A stretch of DNA of 64,000 nt from Candidatus Campbellbacteria bacterium (lineage in GTDB: Bacteria > Patescibacteriota > Minisyncoccia > Phycocordibacterales > UBA1006), in contig NZWR01000003.1 in the NCBI GenBank assembly GCA_002698305.1, positions 10,794 to 74,793 on the forward strand, given 5' to 3'. Below the pieces are notes generated by a model. The model did not search any database. It was not told where the DNA came from and was given only the letters and a program-made list of their open reading frames with translations. This document shows, piece after piece, positions 58,327 to 64,000 of this stretch. Position 1 is the stretch's first letter. Each line of letters begins with the position of its first letter. Made by a program: the position numbers and the translations under genes.

Positions 58327-59409
58327 ATGAAAAATACAAAATCTCCTCCAGAAAGAGGTAAAAGACTACTGCCGATCTTAAGAAAAAGGGTTAATAAGCA
58401 TCTTAAACAGCCTCATATCAAGAAGAATGAATGGCTAGAAAAAACCGAGCTGTACTCAAAAGCGGTTATTATGTTTAGTGTATGGCTCGCTCCATTTATT
58501 TTATTATTTGTATATCAATTCTCAACATTTCAAGAGATAGCTCTTGGGGTAATTTCAGGAATTGGTATGGCGGGTGTTGGAATGAATGTTATGCATGATG
58601 CCAGTCACGGCGCATTTTCAAAAAAACCTTGGGTAAATAAACTGATGTCGTGGAGCATGTACCTGCTTGCAGGAAATGTCTATAACTGGAAAAAGCAGCA
58701 CGTAGAAATACATCATACTCATACTAATATTGATGGTATGGATGATGATATTGATACGAAAGGCTTGTTCCGTTTCAGTAAAAAACAGAAGTGGCGACCG
58801 CACCATAGGTTACAATGGCTCTATGCTGTCCCTGCTTATTGCTGCATGACATTATTATGGGTATTTGCCAAAGACAGAAATCAAATGAAACGCTATTTTA
58901 AACACGACAAGAGCATTCCAAAAAAAGAGCAAAGTAAACAGTTATGGATACTAAGAATAACCAAAGCAATGTATATATCTTTATGGCTCGTATTACCTTT
59001 GTTACTTTGGGAAAATTGGTTAAGCGTTGTTATTTTTTTTCTCAGCATGCATTTTATCTGTGGTTTAATATTGACAGTAGTTTTCCAGTTGGCACATGTG
59101 GTACCAAAGGCGCAGATGTATGATGATGACCACCTAATTGAAGATCAACTCAAACATCAACTGTTAACCAGTGTTAATTTTGGAACACAAAGTCGTCTTT
59201 TAAATTGGTATTTAGGTGGTTTAAATTTACAGAAAGAGCACCATGTATTTCCAAACAAGAATCACATACAATATCGAAAGATAAAATCTGTGGTTGCTGA
59301 TTTTTGCGACGAGATTAAAATTGAGTATACAGAGTATCGAACAATGTTCGCAGCTATCGTTGCTCATTTTAAACTTTTAATTCAGTTAGGGAATAAAAAC
59401 GTTGTTTAG
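58327..59409 (+). CDS. Membrane fatty acid (acyl-CoA/acyl-lipid) desaturase
   Basis: Three His boxes HDASH, HVEIHH, QKEHH; FQLAHVV; GGLNLQ. Confidence 0.92.
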   Translation: MKNTKSPPERGKRLLPILRKRVNKHLKQPHIKKNEWLEKTELYSKAVIMFSVWLAPFILLFVYQFSTFQEIALGVISGIGMAGVGMNVMHDASHGAFSKKPWVNKLMSWSMYLLAGNVYNWKKQHVEIHHTHTNIDGMDDDIDTKGLFRFSKKQKWRPHHRLQWLYAVPAYCCMTLLWVFAKDRNQMKRYFKHDKSIPKKEQSKQLWILRITKAMYISLWLVLPLLLWENWLSVVIFFLSMHFICGLILTVVFQLAHVVPKAQMYDDDHLIEDQLKHQLLTSVNFGTQSRLLNWYLGGLNLQKEHHVFPNKNHIQYRKIKSVVADFCDEIKIEYTEYRTMFAAIVAHFKLLIQLGNKNVV

Positions 59410-59532
59410 TATAAGTGAATATTTTAATTAAAACACTATCTTCTTTGAAGACGGTGTTTTTTTTGACAAAGAAAAATCGCAGGTTATGATAAGCATCAAA
59501 CACTATTAATTTAACACTAAAACTTTTTGCAC

Positions 59533-60051
59533 ATGCATAAGAATGAAATTAAAAAGACCATCAACTCACTTTTTCGTAACCCTCAATTTAATGACGAAGA
59601 GCGTATTCAATTTCTAGAAAATATGGAAGAGTCACTGCTTGCCAAGAATCTTCTGAAAAAAGATCTCAAAGAGCTACTTCAACTTACAATTGATAAGATT
59701 CATATACGCACTATCGAGCCAGTAATTGAACGACTAAAGAAAAATATTTCTCTAAGCGAAAGTCAGCGTATAGAAAAGCTAGAAAAAATTTTCTTGAAAC
59801 ATTCAGATATATCCCATGTTTCAGATAAAAAGAAAAAATTTATCGCTAACTTTGAGCATACGATATTAAATTTAAAAATAATATCAATCATTGAAAATGA
59901 AACGTATGATCCGTTTGAGAAAATTGAATACCTTGAAGAAATTCAAGATGAACAGGAGTATGGTGGCAAATTATGGAATGTAATTCAAAAGAAGATAGAT
60001 GCTATCGGTGTTCAATCTGATGCGCTTGATACTGTTGTCTTATTTTCCTGA
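59533..60051 (+). CDS. Hypothetical helical protein
   Basis: ORF preceded by TTGACA(59463)-N16-TATGAT. Confidence 0.65.
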   Translation: MHKNEIKKTINSLFRNPQFNDEERIQFLENMEESLLAKNLLKKDLKELLQLTIDKIHIRTIEPVIERLKKNISLSESQRIEKLEKIFLKHSDISHVSDKKKKFIANFEHTILNLKIISIIENETYDPFEKIEYLEEIQDEQEYGGKLWNVIQKKIDAIGVQSDALDTVVLFS

Positions 60052-60089
60052 AAAATTGAAATTAAAAAAAACGACCGCTCACGCGGTCG

Positions 60090-60755
60090 TTATTTTTTTT
60101 GCATTAATGTGAAGACGAGGGTTACTTTGTCTTTTGGGTCAGACTGCGATCCGTAGGTTTCAAATCGCTGATCAACAATATCAAAATGATTCGTAAATGT
60201 TCTTTCAATTTCTTCCTCTGTGAAGAAATGATAGTGAACACCAAATTTTACAAAATTACCGTCAGGTGAACGTGCAACATCAAGCCCCATAAAATTTTGT
60301 GTTTTCCGAGAAAGAGAAATTTTTAAAAAATATGATCCAGATTTCAGAACTCGATATACCTCATCAACATAGGCTGACCATTCATTTTGCTTTAGGTGTT
60401 GAAAGGTTCCAATATCAGTAATAAGATCAAATCCATTATCAACGAATGGAATATCTAAAACATTTCCAACCATGAACCGCGCTCGGTCGGCGTAGCCCTC
60501 ATCTTTGATTTGGGTGTTAACTTTCTGAACAATACTTTCCACGTAATCAATTCCTAAAACCCGGTACCCAAGTCCGACAAGTTTTGCTGCCCATAATCCG
60601 CGGCCAGCACCAATATCAAGAACCAATGAATCCCGTTCCATCCGTGGAATCATTTGCTCTGCCGTGTAGCGATACGGAATATGACTCCAGATATCGCTTC
60701 CGGTTTGGTAGGCGAATTGGAAATATTGTTTTTGAATTTCAGGAGTGTGTTCCAT
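60090..60755 (-). CDS. Class I SAM-dependent methyltransferase
   Basis: VLDIGAGRG, VLGID, FDLI, RVLKSG. Confidence 0.9.
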   Translation of the reverse strand: MEHTPEIQKQYFQFAYQTGSDIWSHIPYRYTAEQMIPRMERDSLVLDIGAGRGLWAAKLVGLGYRVLGIDYVESIVQKVNTQIKDEGYADRARFMVGNVLDIPFVDNGFDLITDIGTFQHLKQNEWSAYVDEVYRVLKSGSYFLKISLSRKTQNFMGLDVARSPDGNFVKFGVHYHFFTEEEIERTFTNHFDIVDQRFETYGSQSDPKDKVTLVFTLMQKK

Positions 60756-60843
60756 GTAGTGAAAGTATATCCAAAAAAGATGCAGCTGTCAGGATTTTGG
60801 TTATGAGGTTTTAGAGGTATAGTAAAGAAAATATATAATCACA

Positions 60844-61188
60844 ATGAAAAATATAATCGCATATCTGATTGGATTAATTTGGACATTTGGAGTAGCTGTA
60901 TATGTTTTTATAGAAACTCAAGATATTTCACGAAGTCTTATTCAAGGACTGTCTATATCTACTTTTATTATTGTCTTACTCGTTACCCTAGTGACAAGTT
61001 CATTTTCTTTGAAAGCTGAACGAGAGAAAAATAAAATGAGGGCAATGACTTTAGATCAACTATCTTCTTATTTTCAAGATATTCAACATACAGCTGATTC
61101 AAAAATAGTAGATTACGCAGAACAGTTACTGTATCAAAAAATGGAGATAAATTATGATAATGATTCGGACAAAGAAACAAATGCATAA
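60844..61188 (+). CDS. Small membrane protein
   Basis: Two N-terminal TMs; terminator 61193-61220. Confidence 0.65.
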   Translation: MKNIIAYLIGLIWTFGVAVYVFIETQDISRSLIQGLSISTFIIVLLVTLVTSSFSLKAEREKNKMRAMTLDQLSSYFQDIQHTADSKIVDYAEQLLYQKMEINYDNDSDKETNA

Positions 61189-61283
61189 TTTTAAAAGGAC
61201 GGCTAAATAGCTGTCCTTTTATCTTGTCTTTTATGCCCTAGAACTTCTTAATATTTTTTATGTGTTACCGTGTTTCACTGTTA

Positions 61284-62195
61284 TTATTTATTATGAAACT
61301 TCTTGTGTACTTCACGCAGTTGTTTGTCGGTTATATGTGTATAGATCTGAGTTGTTGCGATATTGCTATGCCCTAGCATCATTTGGACACTGCGTATGTC
61401 AGCACCGTTTCGCAGTAAATCAGTTGCAAATGAATGTCTAATGGTGTGCGGGGTAACCTTTTTAGCGATACCCGCTTCAATTGCAATTCGTTTCACCAGG
61501 CGTTCCACACTTCGCGGTGTAAGGCGGAGTGAAACATTTTGCTCTTCAAGTTTCACGACTCTAGGGCCTTCCTGGATAAACAGGGCTTCGTCCATGTCGG
61601 TGCGGTTATTCAGATACTCACGGACACTTTCTCGTGCTTTTGGACTTAAAAAGACAATTCTTAATTTGTCTCCTTTTCCACGAATCGTCATCTCGTCCTT
61701 TGAAAGATCTATGTCTCTGTTTAACGAGGTAAGTTCAGAAACACGCAGTCCCGTAGAAAAGAGCATGTGCATGATGGCATAGTTTCGTTGATGCTTTTGC
61801 GCGACATCGAGCATGCGCTGTAATTCAGTAACATCAAGATGATCTATGTGACGAGCTTCTGTTTTAGCCAGTTCAATATTTTCTGGTGAGTACACCTTGT
61901 GACCCTGCTTCATTAAATATTTAAGAAACATACGAAGAGCTATCAGGTAATAATTCTGAGTTCTTTTTTTCATGGTTCCTGACTGCTGGCCTTTTGTCTT
62001 TGCTCCAGGCTGTCGGTTAAGGTGGAGGCGGAATTGGCGGATGCTCTCTGCATCAATAACATCTATTTTTTTGATGCCAGAAAATTCAATATATTTTGAA
62101 ATATATTGTTTATAGTTTCGGACGGTTTTGAGTGACCGCCCTTTTTCAATCTCGAGGTATTCAAGGAATCGTTGTAGTGCTTCATTAATATTCAC
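61284..62195 (-). CDS. xerC: Tyrosine recombinase, XerC/XerD family
   Basis: STGLRVSEL, GKGDK.R, PHTIRHSFAT.LL.NGADIR.VQ.MLGH..IATTQIYTH. Confidence 0.9.
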   Translation of the reverse strand: MNINEALQRFLEYLEIEKGRSLKTVRNYKQYISKYIEFSGIKKIDVIDAESIRQFRLHLNRQPGAKTKGQQSGTMKKRTQNYYLIALRMFLKYLMKQGHKVYSPENIELAKTEARHIDHLDVTELQRMLDVAQKHQRNYAIMHMLFSTGLRVSELTSLNRDIDLSKDEMTIRGKGDKLRIVFLSPKARESVREYLNNRTDMDEALFIQEGPRVVKLEEQNVSLRLTPRSVERLVKRIAIEAGIAKKVTPHTIRHSFATDLLRNGADIRSVQMMLGHSNIATTQIYTHITDKQLREVHKKFHNK

Positions 62196-62245
62196 AGATT
62201 AATTATATCAAAAATAATGTCGGAAAATTTTGGTATGATATTTTT

Positions 62246-62833
62246 ATGCAAAATAATCCCTCCTCAATTTCACTCACACCACCGAAAATACTTTTGGATG
62301 ATATTGTTTCTCTTGATGTGAAATTTTTCGATTTTAATAAAAAAGAGCAGACAGGAATAATAGAAGTTCACAAAAGTATTGAGCAAGACATCCGCGGGCT
62401 TTTTGATTTGATTCATACGATCAAATTTCCTCTAGAATCAGTACAGCTGATGTCAGATTTTCATTTTGACGATGACGCATCAATGGCGATGAATAATACC
62501 AGCGCATTTAATTTTAGAACGGTGACCCTGAAACCTCATTTAGTATCAAATCATGGCTATGGTGTTGCGATTGATATTAATCCAATGCAAAATCCGTATA
62601 TTAAAAAAGAAAATATTTTTCCGCCTGATGCTGCCTATGATACACATCAATCAGGAACACTCGTTGCAGATGATGAGATTGTTAAATTCATGAAAAGCCG
62701 TGGCTACACCTGGGGCGGTGATTGGGAAAAACCGTATCTTGATTACATGCATTTCCATAAGGAATTACCAGAAGAGTATTTGGAAAAATATCAAGCAGAA
62801 ATTTCTAAAGTTTTACTGAAAAGACAGCAGTAA
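62246..62833 (+). CDS. M15 family metallopeptidase (D,D-carboxypeptidase/endopeptidase-like)
   Basis: NNTSAFNFR, SNHGYGVAIDINP, WGGDW....DYMHF. Confidence 0.88.
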   Translation: MQNNPSSISLTPPKILLDDIVSLDVKFFDFNKKEQTGIIEVHKSIEQDIRGLFDLIHTIKFPLESVQLMSDFHFDDDASMAMNNTSAFNFRTVTLKPHLVSNHGYGVAIDINPMQNPYIKKENIFPPDAAYDTHQSGTLVADDEIVKFMKSRGYTWGGDWEKPYLDYMHFHKELPEEYLEKYQAEISKVLLKRQQ

Positions 62834-62881
62834 CACACTGCAAATTAAAAGCCGTGAACTTTTAGTTCACAGCTTTGGTTT

Positions 62882-63529
62882 TTAATAGGTTTTTATTCCA
62901 TACTTATGCAATTTTTCTTCAATCCATTTCCAGGGTTTTGGTAAGAGTAGTCCCAAAAGTGGAACGGGTGAATCCGGAAAAAAATTAAACCATCGAGAAC
63001 CAGTTTTTCTTCGAACTATTTTGTAAAGAAGCTTACCTTTTTTTGGATTTAGAAGTAAGGCACTTCTCAAGAAAACCTGCCGTGAGCATTTTGAGTTCAA
63101 ATATTTTTTATGAAGCCTTTCATCAAAAAACCATTTGATGTCTCTCTGCTTTCTTATGGTTCTGTATTTTTTCAACATCTTTCTGAAATCATGTCCAAAA
63201 AAATACATACCACCTAATCCTATAGATACGAGCATGCCATGGTGGATCCACCATCCTGGTGCAAGATAGGCAATCAAGAGAATAAAACCGACTGACATGG
63301 TTAAAAGTTTTCTAAAAATAGAAATAGGCTTCCTGCTTGTGAATGGCGTGCCAAACAAGAGTATAAGAGCAAAGATAGTTACTATATGGGTATATGTGGA
63401 TGTGCCGACAATTCCAGCTACAACCATTAAGGCTCCAACTGAAACTAGAAAAACTGGTAAATGGTTTATCCAAAAGATAAACAAAAGCCATTCCTGTATG
63501 TCCATAGGTGGAATATTTTCTTTTTTCAT
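62882..63529 (-). CDS. Membrane protein, unknown function
   Basis: 215 aa, four TMs and a basic C-terminal domain. Confidence 0.65.
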   Translation of the reverse strand: MKKENIPPMDIQEWLLFIFWINHLPVFLVSVGALMVVAGIVGTSTYTHIVTIFALILLFGTPFTSRKPISIFRKLLTMSVGFILLIAYLAPGWWIHHGMLVSIGLGGMYFFGHDFRKMLKKYRTIRKQRDIKWFFDERLHKKYLNSKCSRQVFLRSALLLNPKKGKLLYKIVRRKTGSRWFNFFPDSPVPLLGLLLPKPWKWIEEKLHKYGIKTY

Positions 63530-63750
63530 ATTAATTATTTGTTTTTATTTACATTAAAAGAAATAAGTAATTAGTCAATATTATCTATTAATAATCTTGT
63601 AATAAATGTACATTTTATGTAGCATTACTATAAAGACCTCGATGTGAGTTTACAGCCTATTGCTTTATAGTTTGTAAACTCACATCGAGAACCTTTGTGG
63701 GTTGGAACGAGCCCCCAAGGTGGCTTACAATTTAATTTAAATTTTTTATT

Positions 63751-64000
63751 ATGAAAAATTATTTTTTTTCTTTTGTAATGGTTGCACTATTCATTGGCGT
63801 AACCTCATTTGTTTCATCTGATAGTGTAGATAAAACAACCGCAACAGTACTAACGTTCAATGTAGAAGCAGGCACTGTTGATTGTGAAACTCACGAACAT
63901 ACCGGTAGGTGTATTCATAATGGGGGTGGCGGAATTTGTGCATATGGTTGTGAATATGGACACATAGAGTACGTAAAATATGCCATACTTGATTTTTTAG
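63751..64000 (+). CDS. Secreted Cys/His-rich protein (runs off window end)
   Basis: MKNLFFSFVMVALFIGVTSFVSSD...DCETHEHTGRCIHNGGGGICAYGCEYGH..., open to the end of the window. Confidence 0.65.
   Translation, partial: MKNYFFSFVMVALFIGVTSFVSSDSVDKTTATVLTFNVEAGTVDCETHEHTGRCIHNGGGGICAYGCEYGHIEYVKYAILDFL

Noticed and set aside
61284..62195. Tyrosine recombinase as an integron integrase for the cassette array
   Set aside because: Looks like ordinary XerC/D, shows no obvious IntI-specific insertion and lies 15 kb from the array; a role in trans cannot be excluded.
1..64000. Alternative genetic code (TGA recoding as in Gracilibacteria)
   Set aside because: Core genes are full length under the standard bacterial code with no internal TGA breaks.

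Overview
A 64-kb AT-rich chromosomal segment around the replication origin of what looks like a Patescibacteria (CPR; Parcubacteria-like) genome. The lineage is inferred from gene content and style: short YebC, trigger factor without an obvious FKBP domain, a CPR-type VirB4/PrgI/VirB6/pilin cluster and large FN3-repeat surface proteins. Core genes include polA (5' part), tsaE, a PilB/GspE ATPase, ruvB, yebC, a class A PBP, ruvC, dnaN-oriC-dnaA-rpmH-rnpA-yidC-jag, ppa, tig, clpP, HU, a CCA-type nucleotidyltransferase, xth and a XerC/D recombinase. There are three tRNAs (Gly-TCC, Pro-TGG, Arg-TCG), a parS-like palindrome cluster and a Zn/Cu homeostasis locus. The most unusual feature is an integrase-less array of four gene cassettes downstream of tRNA-Gly (41.2-46.2 kb). 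Each cassette is closed by the same 24-nt site, which resembles the tRNA 3' end and, on the minus strand, encodes a conserved short peptide ending in a stop. Other highlights: a tRNA-Gly-like leader carrying an antisense segment to the real tRNA, an unannotated 6S-like RNA, a GIY-YIG gene between perfect 19-bp inverted palindromes with a mirrored promoter, widespread apparently leaderless transcription versus full TTGACA promoters on orphan secreted genes, and several Bacteroidota-looking genes including a fatty acid desaturase. All family assignments are from motif recognition by eye, not database searches.
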